Assembly: GCA_951406725.2 (NCBI GenBank)
Contig: OX597823.1
Coordinates: 35,464,001-35,528,000 of the forward strand
Direction of reading: 5' to 3'
Length of the DNA: 64,000 nt
Source: Octopus vulgaris
Lineage: Eukaryota
The notes beneath the pieces were generated by a model, which did no database searches, had not been told where the DNA came from, and saw only the letters and a program-made list of their open reading frames with translations. Position 1 is the first letter of the stretch; each line of letters begins with the position of its first letter. This document shows, one piece after another, positions 25,034 through 38,160 of this stretch. The position numbers and the translations under genes are program-made.

Positions 25034-25145
25034 AACTGACAGCTGTTTCGGCAGTGAGGACAGTCATACCTCATTTAACCTATAAGCCATAAAGGCAGGT
25101 ATAAATGAGGCATTAACAAAGATGCCCCACGGCCTCTTCAGAGAA
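25034..25145 (-). ncRNA. Hammerhead ribozyme motif with a very long structured stem II
   Basis: Minus strand: CT-CTGAAGA-GGC.GTGGGG...CCTCAC.GCC-GAAA-CAGCTG-TC-AG; palindromic stem III ACAGCTGT, GUC triplet; stem I only 2 bp. Confidence 0.65.
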
Positions 25146-25231
25146 TTAAATTAAATTTGTTATAATAGTGAAAAATATTATATAATCATATACATATAAA
25201 TATAAAAATATAAAAAAGTAAAATATAAAAA

Positions 25232-25280
<49 letters not shown>

Positions 25281-25542
25281 GATATAGTGTATATTTATAC
25301 ACATAAGGAATCCACTTAACGTGAATTCAACACATTAGAAAGAACAGCTAGGTTCTGTAAACCACAAAAATAACGGATAAAATTCGACAGGTATTACTAG
25401 ATGGTAAATGTGTTTCATTTCCAAATTTATTCCTGTCGAATTTTATCTGTTATTTTTGTGGTTTACAGAACCTAGCTGTTCTTTTTAATGTGTTGAATTC
25501 AGGTTAAGTGGATTCCTTATGTGTATAAATATACACTATATC
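25281..25542. repeat. Near-perfect inverted repeat, ~110-bp arms, ~40-bp spacer
   Basis: gatatagtgtatatttatacacataaggaatccacttaac...aaattcgacagg vs cctgtcgaattt...gttaagtggattccttatgtgtataaatatacactatatc. Confidence 0.95.
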
Positions 25543-25543
25543 T

Positions 25544-25695
25544 AGTTTATGTTAGGGTTAATCTTACATGTCACACAATTTTCATTAGTGCATGTGATAT
25601 TTTCGAATAGATACATCCTATATAACTGTAATCTGATGAATCTCCTTGGCTTTTCAACGATCTTAAAGTTGAGTTTGGTCACCTTCAGAGCTTTT
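25544..25695 (-). mobile_element. Second copy of part of the Penelope GIY-YIG fragment at ~27331-27483
   Basis: agtttatgttagggttaatcttacatgtcacac...gtcaccttcagagcttttct is nearly identical at both sites. Confidence 0.85.
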
Positions 25696-25789
25696 CTTCT
25701 TGACTAATTTTTTGCACGTTAGACCACTGGAAATGTAAATTTTGATTAAATTTTTTAATTTTAATTAAATTCCATTTCCTTTTGATATG

Positions 25790-25832
<43 letters not shown>

Positions 25833-25838
<6 letters not shown>

Positions 25839-26196
25839 GGACGTATGGTTACATATATGTATTTGTGTATACGTACACATGCGTACTTCACGTATATACA
25901 AATTTTCATAACTTTATTCATACTTTATAAACGAACATTCCATTCTTGTATTTAATTAAATATAATAATTAGATAAATATAAATATTTATCTTATTCATA
26001 TTTAAATTTTGTCTTATGCATGTATGGACGTATGGATACATTTATGTATTTGTGTATATGTACACGTGCGTACTAAACGTATATACATATTTTCATAACT
26101 TTATTCATACTGTATAAACGAACATTCCATTCTTGTATTAATTAAATATAATAATTAGATAAATATAAATATTTACCTTATTCATATTTAAATTTT
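25833..26196. repeat. Tandem duplication, ~187-bp unit x2
   Basis: atgtatggacgtatgg...aacgaacattccattcttgta...ttattcatatttaaatttt begins at 25833 and again at 26020. Confidence 0.9.
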
Positions 26197-27038
26197 CTCT
26201 ATCATCTCTATTAAGTTTATTCATTTATTGTTCTAATTCTATTTACCTACTCTATCTTATCTTCAATCAACCTGTAAACTCCTCGCCCAAACAAATAACA
26301 ATACAAATCATAAGCTCTAACATTCAAGTCTGCTGTAATGAATCCATACACACATCTCAAACATCCAAGTGTACATTTTTTCCCTCTAAAAATTTTATAC
26401 TCAGGTCTTATAATTACAAATTTAATATTTACTTAATATTTACTGATTATTAACTGAAACAACTGTAAATGAAGATTAATTTACTGTTAATAAACAATTA
26501 ATTTCCCATTCTCCATTTTCTTTTTCTTCTTCTCCTTTTTCTCTCTCTTCTCCCTCTCCTTAATTCCTCTGTCCTTCTTTTCCGCTCTCTTCTCACACGT
26601 GACTGACTGACCGACTGCTGGTCTTTCGAGTCTAACAGTCGCCGCGGCAACACACTTTTTTCTCTCCCTGCCCTAAGGCAAATTCCTAACACGCCAGCTC
26701 AAGTTTACTCGTCCTGTCGAAAGACACCTGTTTGTGACGTCCTGTTTTTGTTATTATTATTATCATCATTGTTTTTACGTATTTTTGTATTCATATTCGA
26801 GTAACATTGTCCGTTTTTCCGTCTTTGTTTTGTATACATTCGAAGCTTTCTTCCAAGGAATCTAATGCGCTTAGATTTTCCTTGGGGCTGGCCAGATTGG
26901 GACAATCTCAAGATTAATCAACTGAAATTGCGAGGATGATCCGGTTCTTGACTGAAGATTGAAGGCTTCGAATGTCCCGTCCGTGTTTTTTGTATCGTCT
27001 TCTAAATGTTTTGCGTTCTTGTCCCAGTTTGTATTTTT

Positions 27039-27094
<56 letters not shown>

Positions 27095-27098
27095 TATG

Positions 27099-27129
<31 letters not shown>

Positions 27130-27500
27130 TCGGGTGCTTGGATTAAATGCGTATGTCAAGTCAGCCCAAAGACCAACATGGATATGTTGGTCTTTGGCAG
27201 GACTCTACTCTTTTCATATTGTCTCGGTAATAATCTCTCAGCAATACTTCTAGACGTTTCTACAATATATGCCATGTTCTTGACTGTAGTCTACAGCACT
27301 TTATGCTGTAGCCTACATTTCTACTTCTACAGTTTATGTTAGGGTTAATCTTACATGTCACACAATTTTCATTAGTGCATGTGATATTTTCGAATAGGTA
27401 CATCCTATATAACTGTAATCTGATGAATCTCCTTGGCTTTTCAACGATCTTAAAGTTGAGTTTGGTCACCTTCAGAGCTTTTCTAAATCTACAGGCTAGT
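27130..27500 (-). mobile_element. Penelope-like element GIY-YIG endonuclease fragment
   Basis: CTNENCVTCKINPNINCRSRNVGYSIKCC then, after a frameshift, AYIVETSRSIAER: Cys-rich linker plus GIY/YIG-equivalent motifs and conserved Arg. Confidence 0.75.
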
Positions 27501-27526
27501 TCCCCAGGGGGTGTGGCCTCTCTCTC

Positions 27527-27560
<34 letters not shown>

Positions 27561-27720
27561 CACGTGTATAAGTGCGTGTGTGCGTGCACTTTTAAGTGCA
27601 AGTGATCAAGCTAAGTTCACTGCTCAGTCATGCGTTGAAAGTAGGTATTTGACCTAGAGGTAATTTCTTTCTAGCAATCTCTGGGAATAAATTCATTCTC
27701 TCTCTCAAACACATACACAC

Positions 27721-27961
27721 AATAAAATGGTGTAAAACAATGTAATCTGCTCTTCAGGGAAGTGAAGAAATGAAACTCGTCAATAACGTTTTTTGAAACA
27801 ATCTTAATAGCGATCACTATACATATCCATCATTTTCTGTTAAAATGTCTTATTGATGAGTTTTATTTCTTCATTTCCCTTAAGATAAGATTACATTGTT
27901 TTACACCATTTTATTCCTTTGGACAAATACCAATCATATCTTCGAAATATGTGTCGGAAGT
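27721..27961 (+). ncRNA. Hammerhead motif (27873-27961) whose 5' part is duplicated in inverted orientation (27721-27790)
   Basis: ATTTCC-CTTAAGA-TAAGA..TCTTC-GAAA-TATGTG-TC-GGAAGT; the inverted copy keeps ACTTCC-CTGAAGA-GCAGA, so together they give a canonical core, 6-bp stem I and GUC site. Confidence 0.7.
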
Positions 27962-28029
27962 AAAAAAAATTTGAATAACACCTGCGTTTAACTCCATTTA
28001 TTTATTTATATATATTATACAAAATATTT

Positions 28030-29125
28030 GACTTAAACCCGAAGTTTCTACCTTTAAAAATAAAGAGTTACAACCGTTTTACTTGTGTGATTTTTTGCTA
28101 CCCTGCTAAATATTTATATATTTTTTCCGTGTTAATTGTTAACAAAGGAAAACAAGCTGACTCCTCCACATGAGGTGACACACGAGCCAAGAAAAGAACA
28201 GTGATGTACAGAACTCTATCTACAACCACAAATAAAATAGAGATAGCTAAAGAAGAACCTATTGAAGAATGTCTGAAGCAAATTAAGAAACTGACACCAT
28301 TCTATACACGAGGCAGAAAATACGGCACAGTGGAGGTGAGATTTGCTAACGAATAGGAGGCAATAAATCACGCCACTGTGACTCTGATGACATGAAAAAT
28401 GGGTACTCTTACCTACCTACTGTGGCAATAGGGTCACCAGAGTGAGAATAGGCAGAGTACCACCAGAAGTCAAAGAAACGTGGCTGGTGTCAGCTGTAAT
28501 GCACAAAACTGAGGAAGACGCAAAGATTCTAAAGTTAACAAGGACTAAGTAAGTAAAGGGATACGGACTAGAAGTGGTCATCCAGGTCGGACAACAAGAT
28601 CTAAGTGAAATTGCTGAAGAAATAATTCTGCCGGAGGATATAAGGTTGAGAGTGGTGGTAGAAGGAAGGCCACCAACTTGCTATCAATGCAGCGAAAAAG
28701 GACATATTAGGATAGTGTCTTCAGAGAGAAAGTAAAAACCAGGAAAGCCAACAGGAGCAGAATGCCGAAGTGGCGAACCTAGAAAATGAAAAATGCACGA
28801 AAGTGGAAGAACCACTTACGGAAGTAACCAAAAGAAAAAGAAAAGAACTAGTGAACTCATCTCCGAAGAGTCCAAGAATGAAAAAGAAGCGTGAAATGGA
28901 ATGTACAAATTTTTCACTACATGAACCTCCAACAGCACCAACAACGAAGGAAAAAGGAAAGGAAACTATCACAGACAACCAGGTTCCGCTGCAGGAACGA
29001 ACAGTCAAAAGACCTGGAAAAACAAATGGCATATGGTAACATATACAAAAGCACAGATATAGAAAGGAAAATCACCAAATTTAAATCAGAGATAAGAGTT
29101 AAATTTTTCTTACCTTTCTGCTGAA
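28030..29125 (+). mobile_element. Tx1-like LINE ORF1 fragment with zinc knuckle
   Basis: YTRGRKYGTVEVRFA parallels YIARGKTYGGVEVRFA of ORF 17729-18331; GRPPTCYQCSEKGHI knuckle near 28665-28710. Confidence 0.75.
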
Positions 29126-31229
29126 TTCACAAACTCGATAATAATTCCTGACTGGTGAGGATAAAATGACTTGTTAATTTTCATCTCTTTTCATATATAT
29201 ATATACGTGTGTATGTGTGCATTACCAGTACCATAAATCAGTTTTCTGTCTGTTTCTCTCTCTCTCTTTTTCTCTATCTCACCCACTCTCTCTCTCTCTG
29301 CCTTTTTCTCTTCCTTCAATGACGCTACCACTTACCTCCGCCCCATTTCAACCCATTCCATACTATTCAATTCTTTCATCCCTCACCCCAACGCCATTTA
29401 ACATATTTTTCTTGTGTACCAAGATATTTGTCGCCAGAGATAAAAGAGTCACTACATTTAGACACGTAAGTCTGTCTCCAGTTTATTTCCATATGGAATT
29501 AAAATGGCATTGCTTTCACTACTGACCAACTGACTAGTTCTATAGTACAAACACGCACGCACGCTCGCACACACGGGCACACACACACACACACACATTC
29601 TCTCCCCCCCACACACACAAGCATACGCTTTTGTAATTACCTACATGTTTTCACATACCGCTAAATCGAAGGAAGTAATCTATTCCCTCTTTAGTGACAT
29701 CAGATCTTTGAAGATGATGAAAACAACCAATTGCCTCTGAAGTGTCAAAAATCTGATAAAATTGTCCACAGAAGGAATGTAAAGAATTTGTTTTTAATAA
29801 CCCATTCTCGAATTGACTCTATTGGTATTGTAAACACTGTGTAGAAAAGATATAAATTCGACATAAACCTAGACATGCCTCGCCAAATATTACCATACTC
29901 CACCAAAATATTACAACGCCCCTTAGGTAGGGCATGTGCCCGGAAACGTATTTTTATATATTTTTTGCGTCCATATAAATACATAGAATAAATTTGTTTG
30001 CTACTGTTAATTTTCATATCCACCAGTCATCCGACTTGTAACGAAAATTATACCGTTATATTTTGAAAATCAGACGACCAATAAAATTTAAGTACCTATT
30101 CGTTTAATTGAATTATATTACATTACATTATATTACATATATAATATTGATTTTAATTCAGTATTCATCACAGCTGTCCGACGAGGTGGAACGTGAAACT
30201 GAATAACAATTTTGTGAGAATTTTGCAGCTTTAATAAAAGTATGTATGTATATATGTGTGTGTGTATGTGTGTGTGCGCATACAGAGAGAAGGAGAGAGA
30301 GAAAGAGAGAGAAGGGGGGAAGAAAATTTTGAGGCATTTTTCAACTTTTTTGAATATTTTCCCTATAGATTATAGATTATTTGCAAACAACTTACCGGTG
30401 CAAGTGTTACCAGTTGAAAGCTCTGCATATTGGACTCTAGCAGGCTTAAAGAGCCATCATGAGAGAATGCATGCCCTTTCGGGACCTTTCTGCCAATAGT
30501 ATTATTGCGCACTGGCCTTCTCACTAAGATAAGGTGCCGCTTGCTTGATCAGCTGATTACTAGACTTCAATCAATATTCATCTAGCCATTATTTATCGTC
30601 TCTTTGCCTTGCCTTCTCTACTGTAGCGTTGAGAACATTCATGATGATAATTGCTTTACAATGATTTAGGCCTAGCCACAACAAATATTCCTCCACTTTG
30701 TTTCTAATAAATCCTCTATTTTGGTAAAAAAAATCAAAATTTTTTAAGTTGATAAGCTGCTGTCAAGTTAAGAATTCGACGTTTTCCCTTATTGTCCTGG
30801 TTTCTGGTGTACCGTTACTACCTGACAGTATATAATTGAAAGAGATAGGAACTGAAAGTTGTTCAGTAGAGCTCTCATGGAGAGAGTATTGATTGGCGGG
30901 GAAATAGTCTTACAGGAATTACTGTTAGGATGAAGTATATAGAGAGCAGAAACACTAAAACAAGAACAAACAATGAATAAAGTCCGGAGAGAACAGTAGT
31001 GTGGAAAGTAAATATAATTGCATGGTGTTAGATTCATATGAAAAATATTCTCATTTTCACAAATATTTCATGTTATTGATTTTCGCTTCGGTTCAGAAAT
31101 GTATATATATCATATATATCATTCACATACAAAGATATGCATTTGATTAATCGTGATCATATTTTACCTTGTTTTCTTTTTAGATAGATGGATAGATAGA
31201 TAAAGAGAGAGAGAGACAGACAGATAGAT

Positions 31230-31283
<54 letters not shown>

Positions 31284-32439
31284 TGGAAGGAAGAAAGAAA
31301 GACAGAAAGAGAGAGAGAGAGAGAAAATGTTACTATTTCTGTAAAAACGTTTCCTCAGTTTTAAGTCTCCGTTTCTTTATTTCAATGTATTTTGATTTCT
31401 TTTATTATACAGTCAGCTAACCTGAATATTGGCAGCAATATTGCTATTCCGCATGCATTTCACGATATTGTTTGATGCAAGAGAAAACCGCTGAGCCTGT
31501 TTATTATTTTATTCTTGCTTTCGCTTTGTTCATTTTGTTACATCAGATATGTTATCCTCATTACCGAAGTATTTGTATCTTTATTGACCAGTATATAAAA
31601 TATGAACATTTATGAAAAAAATTACTTTCCTTGTCACGTGAAATAGATTGTAATCATATAAAGGTGTTTCTTGGCTTCATTAATATTATTCACGTTATAT
31701 TTCCCTGCATGAATAAAGAAATTGTTGCTTTGATTGACTTACTTTAGTGTTCTAAAGCTAAGCATATGAAAATTCGATTTTTATGATAGCAGTGAGAGTA
31801 TTAGATGCCTTACCAGATAGGATCAAAGGAAAGCTAACTTATTGAATAGTTTATAAAAGTAGATTATGTTCGCTGTAGGGTATGTCACTGTACTTTTTGT
31901 GTTCAGTTGGCAAGATGATAATGTTTATCTCAATATATCAGCGTTTCGATTGCGGATATCGTGATTGAGGAAACGTTTTAAATGTACTCAACCAATCTGA
32001 CAATTATGAAGTTTCTCCTGCGTTGCATATGACACAAAGTACAGCTAATTTGCAAAAAGCTACTTTGTACAACAAAATGCTTCCCTTTGCTATCAATAAT
32101 GATCCTGGATAAATTGCTTCCGTACTTGGGATGCATAAATATGATCTCGGATACATAATAGGGTCTTCAGTTTATTTTGTTTTTACTAAAAAGAGAGGGA
32201 GAAGAAGCATACTTCATTATCCTCATTCAAACACGCTTTCTAATCTGTCGCTGGATGAGAAAGAGCAGTTACAGCCGAACTCAAACGTGTTGAATGGTCG
32301 TTGTTTTTAAAATAAGATAAAATAAAAACAAACGGACTTTTCTCCTTGGTACGAAAATGATGTTAGGCGAGCGAGATAGATGAAGTCTATTTTATTAGTT
32401 ATTGTGATCAATACAAAACAAGTGTTTTCCTCTGCTGAA

Positions 32440-33690
32440 CACAATACAATGAGATTTTGGCCAAAGTGTAGCCAAGAGGTTGGTGATTGTCGTCGATAAG
32501 CTGGTAGGTGACGCGCCTACATGCGCTATCCCGAACAGATCTAACCACGACAACCTCCACCTCACAAGCTACATCATAGTGAGGGTAGGGAAGGAACCTG
32601 GTATGTATGGGGCCCTGATCAATTTCGATCAATCAAAAGCTTTTGATAGGGTTGACCACCAAACGTTGGAGACTGTTCTCGCAGTGGCCGGTTTCGGTCC
32701 GGCTTTTAGAGACTGGATCATTGCCATGTACAGAGACATCTGCGTCAGAATCGTTTAGCACTGCCCCTTCGGTCCTTCAAGGAAGCCCACCCCCGCCCCT
32801 TCTGTACGCACTGGCTCTCGAGCCATTTCTACGGAGGCTTGATGAGGGGATGAATTAGGCTGCGGAAAGTTCGTGTCGGCTTATGCAGACGGTGTCACGG
32901 TAAGTGTCAAACATCTCGGAAATCGAGGTGATGGGCACTACTCTAAGTGTGCACGAAGCGGTGAAAGGAACAAATATTAATCAGGAGAAGTCGATGGGCC
33001 TGCAGCTCGGCACCTAGAGAGGCAAGTCCATGTCGTACGATAGTGTTGTAGGGCGCTAGAGGGAAGGACTGGTTCAGTTGCTCTGGGCCTGGTTTGGTCC
33101 GGACCTCCAGGTTTACAAGAACTGGGGGGGGGGGTAACAGAATTGGACTGAGAGGAACCTGTCCATGAAGGGTCAGGTGAAGGTGGCGAATGAGTACATC
33201 GCCTCCGTCATCTGCTACCACCTGACCGTTTTCCTTTGCTTTGCCTCGTGGATGATCAAGTTGGGGCGCTCGCTCATCCACTTTCTGCAAAAGGTCTGTG
33301 TTCTGCTCGTCAGAGGATCTATCAGCAGCTGCTGAGTAGAGAACTGGGCATACTGTGGCTAATGATGTGCATACATGAGCTGAGGTGCGACATCTCCAGT
33401 GTTTCGCTTACGGTGATCAGCTATGGTCACCGTTTGTTAGACAGGATGTTCCGCAGTTCGTCTCACTGACTAAGCTACAACCCTGGATCAGATGTAGACC
33501 AAGAAGGGTCGCTTGGTACTTGAAGTGTCGGCAAGCGCTCATAGTTTTCTGCCAGTCGGGCAATGCGGCCGGTGGGAGTTCTACCTTGGAGTACTATAAG
33601 GGATTAGTGGTGGGCAAGAGCGAAGATGCCCTCGAGGAAATTCTGGGTCTCGGAAGGGATAAATGAGCTGGTCTTTTCCGGAGGACTTAT
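32440..33690 (+). mobile_element. Tx1-like LINE ORF2 RT and downstream fragment
   Basis: INFDQSKAFDRVDH, VLQGSPPPPLLYALALEP, SAYADGV, DQLWSPFVRQ; homologous to 14263-15500. Confidence 0.88.
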
Positions 33691-33691
33691 C

Positions 33692-34200
33692 TGGCAGAAT
33701 CGTTAGCACACCGGACAAAATGCTGAGTGGCATCTCGTCCGTTTGCGCGTTCTGAGTTAAATTTTCGCCAAGGTCGACTTTTCCTTTCATCCTTTCGGGG
33801 TCAATAAAATAAGTAACAGTTGAGTACTAGGATCGATGTAATCGACTATCCTCCTTCCCCCAAATTTCAAGCCTTGTGACTATGGTAGAACGGATTATTA
33901 TTGGGGTGGCGAGCTGGCAGTACTGTTAGAACGCCTGGCAAAATACTTTGCGATATGTCGTAGTTTATATTCCCGAGGTGAATTTTGCCTTTCATTGCTG
34001 GCTCGATAAAGTAGTGTATCAGTCACTTATTGAGGTCAGAATAATCATCCAAATTTTAGCTCATGTGTGTAAGACAATTGCGGGCTGAATGTGCAGAATT
34101 GTCAGAAAACGAAATGCATCACTGTGTCTAGTTACAGTTCTTTACAAATGCAGTCGAAGTCAACTTCTCTTTTCATCCTTTGGATTCTATAAAATATATG
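33692..34200 (+). mobile_element. Cluster of two to three SINE family B copies
   Basis: ctggcagaatcgttagcac...ttctgagttaaattttcgcc..cctttcatcctttcggggtcaataaa; a second head ggcgagctggcag at 33908. Confidence 0.75.
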
Positions 34201-34257
34201 TCATATAATGGCTTACGTCAATCCAAAACGCGTCACCAATTTGAAGCTCAACTTATA

Positions 34258-34412
34258 TTATTGCCTTGCGTTCGTAAGCGAAAGCCGTGTATTGTAACCA
34301 CTCGCTTTGTCTGTTTGTCTGTGTGTTTTCCAAAATTACTGGAAAACGGTTGAACGGATTTTCACCATAGATCATGGAGTACCTATGCGCGTAGACGCGT
34401 GCGGGTACATTT
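34258..34412 (+). mobile_element. Probable Helentron-associated (HINE/DINE-1-like) non-autonomous element
   Basis: ttattgcc..gcgaaagc start, tgtctgtttgtctgtgtg tract, acggttgaacggattttcac motif, terminal hairpin gtacctatgcgcgt-ag-acgcgtgcgggtac; end repeated at ~34747-34788. Confidence 0.5.
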
Positions 34413-34804
34413 ATACATAAATACATATATATATATGCAGATATGCGACGGTGTGTGTGTTTCGTTTAATTACGAGTTGATTTCTTAATTTCACAGGAAT
34501 ATAAATACCTGTAGTGGTGATACTTAAAAGAAATAAATAAATAAAAAAAAATCTAACTAACAAATTTCCCGATAAGCAAGTGGTCATATTATTTATATCT
34601 TACAACGAACTACATACAGTACATTTGATACACCTACCATTATTGAAAGACGTTGAAAACACTTAAATTCTATGCAATATTTTCTATAATTATTTCGTTT
34701 TGTTCACTTCTTTTTTTATATGAATCGACTCTCGTCTGCGTGTGTATAGATCATGGGGTACCTATGCGTGTAGACACGTATGGGTACATACATACATACA
34801 TACA

Positions 34805-34839
<35 letters not shown>

Positions 34840-35474
34840 GCGACTCTACATACATACATACATATATATGCGACTCTAGTTTGCGAAAAACATTATCCCC
34901 GCGCATCGCCCCCTGATGCCTTTTTAAAATTTTGTGTTTAAATGAGTTATTGGTTAGTCTCTAACTTCGATTATCCAATGATTTAAAAAAAAAATTTACA
35001 TGAGTTATTTCTTTTTTCACATGTATAATACCTGTTTACAAAACTGGGGTGTTACATTCAATTAATATTTTCTTCTTTAAAAACAAATATGGAAAAGAAT
35101 TCTATTGAATATTATTTTCTTTTCGTTTGACGTAAGTATTACTGGCTTTTAACACCTGCGTCAGCTAATATTGTGCAGAACTAGTCTACAACGTAAGTAA
35201 ATTTCATTAAGTTACTTTTTAATAAAAATAAACAAAGCAAAATTATCTGAACATATGTCAACATTTTAAGCCATCACGTTGGTTCGACTTGATTCAAATT
35301 GACGTCAGTAAAATGAGTTCGCCACCCCTTGGGGAAAGAAAACAAAACAAGCAAGTAACACAAAACAGAAAGAAATGAAGCGACGTCCTTCACACTTGAT
35401 GTAAATTTCGCAGACCCGGAAGACAGTGATTTAAAACAGGACGACAACAACACTGACACACGCACATGCACGCG

Positions 35475-35519
<45 letters not shown>

Positions 35520-36264
35520 ACACTTTTTCTCTCTCTCTCACTTTCTCTCCTTTCTCACACACATACATACAAAGTTAGCCGAGTGCGAAATAGAAGCATT
35601 TCTTCAAATTCTACCAGTTTTGCATGAGTTATGTGTGACTATGGAATGGAAAAGGTAGTTCAAACGTAGAATAGTGCCAAAAATGTTGACATCTTTCATT
35701 CAGAACCCAAAACGAAAAATACATCATTTTTGTCTCATCGTAGGAAGGGGTAACTTCGTACTCTGAGAAAATATTGAAACAGAAGGGCAAATCCTAAGGA
35801 GTATGTTTGGTTGACTTCCGCAACGGAGCCAAAAAATTTGTAACTTAGTAGGTGAAGTAACGCATTGCATGAGTAACAACCTGAGATATAGTAAGTGACG
35901 TTGACTTCTGGGTCAATAAACCATTATGAACAGTGTACAGGTTGAAAGAAATGATATGTGTTGGTAAGAAGTAGCTTAGACTTGCAAGTTCTTCTCAAGG
36001 GAGTCGGAAAATCGCTAGAACATGGATCAGTGTTCAGATATTGCTGTTGCAGTTGCATCACTAGTAATTTCACCCGTTGCAGATAAGAGGTCGGGCGAAA
36101 GTTCACCTCACTCTTGGTCTCAAACATACTATTATTATTAGCAGCAGCAAAAAAAGAAGAGTGCCATTGTTATCAAGTGAACGATATTTCGACATTTTTA
36201 TTGTTGTTGTTGTTCTTCTTCTTAATACTCTGATTGTTATTATTATTATTTTGTCTTTGCACAG

Positions 36265-37900
36265 CTTCTAAAACTGGAGGAGGGCTACGGTGTTCAGCTG
36301 TTCACTACAGGGAACTAAGGTAACACCTCTTATTTTTCGAGCACCATCCGGAGTATTCGAGCGGTTCCAAGCAGTACTGTTTTCTGCAAGTGCTCCACCC
36401 TTATTGCAGCTCCTATCTGTTGCGTACTTCTCAAGATTTTTATCCACTGTTTACAGAGCTCCGACAATTATTGGTACTACTACAACGTTTTCCAGCGACC
36501 ACAACAGCTTAACCTGCCAAGCTAACCTGTCATATCTATCGACTTTCCTTTCTTATCGCATACCTTGTTGTCAGCTGGGCATGCTATATCTATGATCCAG
36601 CATCGTTTGCTTTCTTTCTCAATTAAGACTATGTCTAGTTTCGTATTCTCTATCTCACAGTCGCACTGAATCATAAAATCCCATAGGATCTTTGCATTAT
36701 CCTTTTCGATGATCCTTAGGGTTTATGTTCGTACCACTTTTTTGCTCTCTCAAGTCCATACTTGTTACAAAGTGTCCAATGGGCAATCATTGCTATATTG
36801 TCATGACGTCTCATATTCTTTCTGGGCTAATGGCGTACATTGACTGGTAATATGCCATACGGTTTCACTATTTCGTCCACAAATTCTGCACTTATCGCTT
36901 TCTGATGTGTTTGTCTATTCTGTATTTGATATAATTGGTTCTTATTGCTTGCTCTTGGACAGCACAAATTAGAGCATTCGTTTCTGGTTTTAAATCACTT
37001 TTAGTCATCTATAGCTGTCTTTTTTTTTGTATCCGTCTTATCTTCAGCATCCCTATGAAATTGTCCATGCTTTCTTTTCTTTATTCACCCATGTTCATTT
37101 TCATTCATTTTCAAGTCCTTGTACAGCGCTTTATCTTTTCAGTCCCAACTCCATTCTCATATCAGCATTGAAAGTATACATCGTATCAAAGAGGGACTGA
37201 CTTGCGATTCATCTTTACTGTTTGTTTCAGTTCTTGCAACCATTCAGAATCCTTCTTGTGCTCCTTGTCTTTGCTCTAGATGTCACTCCAAAACCTTTGA
37301 CCTATCTAAGATTGTAAATAATGTCCCTATCGTTCTCCAGTAGCGTTCCCTTTATTCTGTCGTCGATTGCAGTTGCCTATCGGTCATATCACCACTAGTT
37401 TTATTGTCTTCTTCCAGACCATCTATATGTCTCTCATCTATATGTCTCTCACTATTCCTTTCCTGTGGTTTATTAGAGATCTCTCCTCTGTTTTCTGCAT
37501 TAGATTACTTTTATCAGTATTTTCATCGTTTCCTCTGCTGCTGTTTTCCAGTACCCGTCTTTTGATAGCTTTGAGCTCTATTTCTGTGAACCAATAATTT
37601 TTTCTTATTCCTCTAGCTTGATCGCATAATCTCTGTTCCATGAGTTGAAACAATCCGCTTTCTCTCCATTGATCATACATACGTTGTCGGTGTCCCCTAA
37701 TATGAGCTTTTCGTGCAATACTGTCACCCTTAAGTGCTTTAGTTTCTTGTTTATTTTTTCAATGTCACTCATATGAAGTAGCGATTATCAGGTTGCGCAA
37801 TTACCGGTGTTTTTATTGTGATACCATCACCAGATGTATCATTAATCAGGACATAAAGAGATTCCAACCGATTCCCTTCATTATTATTATTTATTATCAA
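36265..37900 (-). mobile_element. Internally deleted R4/Dong LINE
   Basis: N-terminal EQRLCDQARGIRKNYWFTEIEL (37438-37680); CRIC..ETVWHI zinc region and ILWDFMIQCD; REL end YDRLAWQVKLLW..VVPIIVGAL; flanked by ATT tracts. Confidence 0.8.
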
Positions 37901-38032
37901 CACTGATATTATTATTTTCATTTATTTACTATTTGTTATTGTTAATATTTACCCTGGTCCGATATGAGTTTTGGCTAATTGCCATTAACATTTTCGTGTT
38001 ATTACTAGGCTCACAATTTGGCAGGGCGCCGC

Positions 38033-38160
<128 letters not shown>

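Noticed and set aside
26915-26980. GAAA...CTGAAGA in type II hammerhead order
   Set aside because: Stems I and II cannot be closed properly; probably a repeat terminus
35300-35422. TGACGTCA (CRE) and CCGGAAG (ETS) motifs as a promoter
   Set aside because: Short motifs expected by chance in 64 kb; no linked exon or start-site evidence
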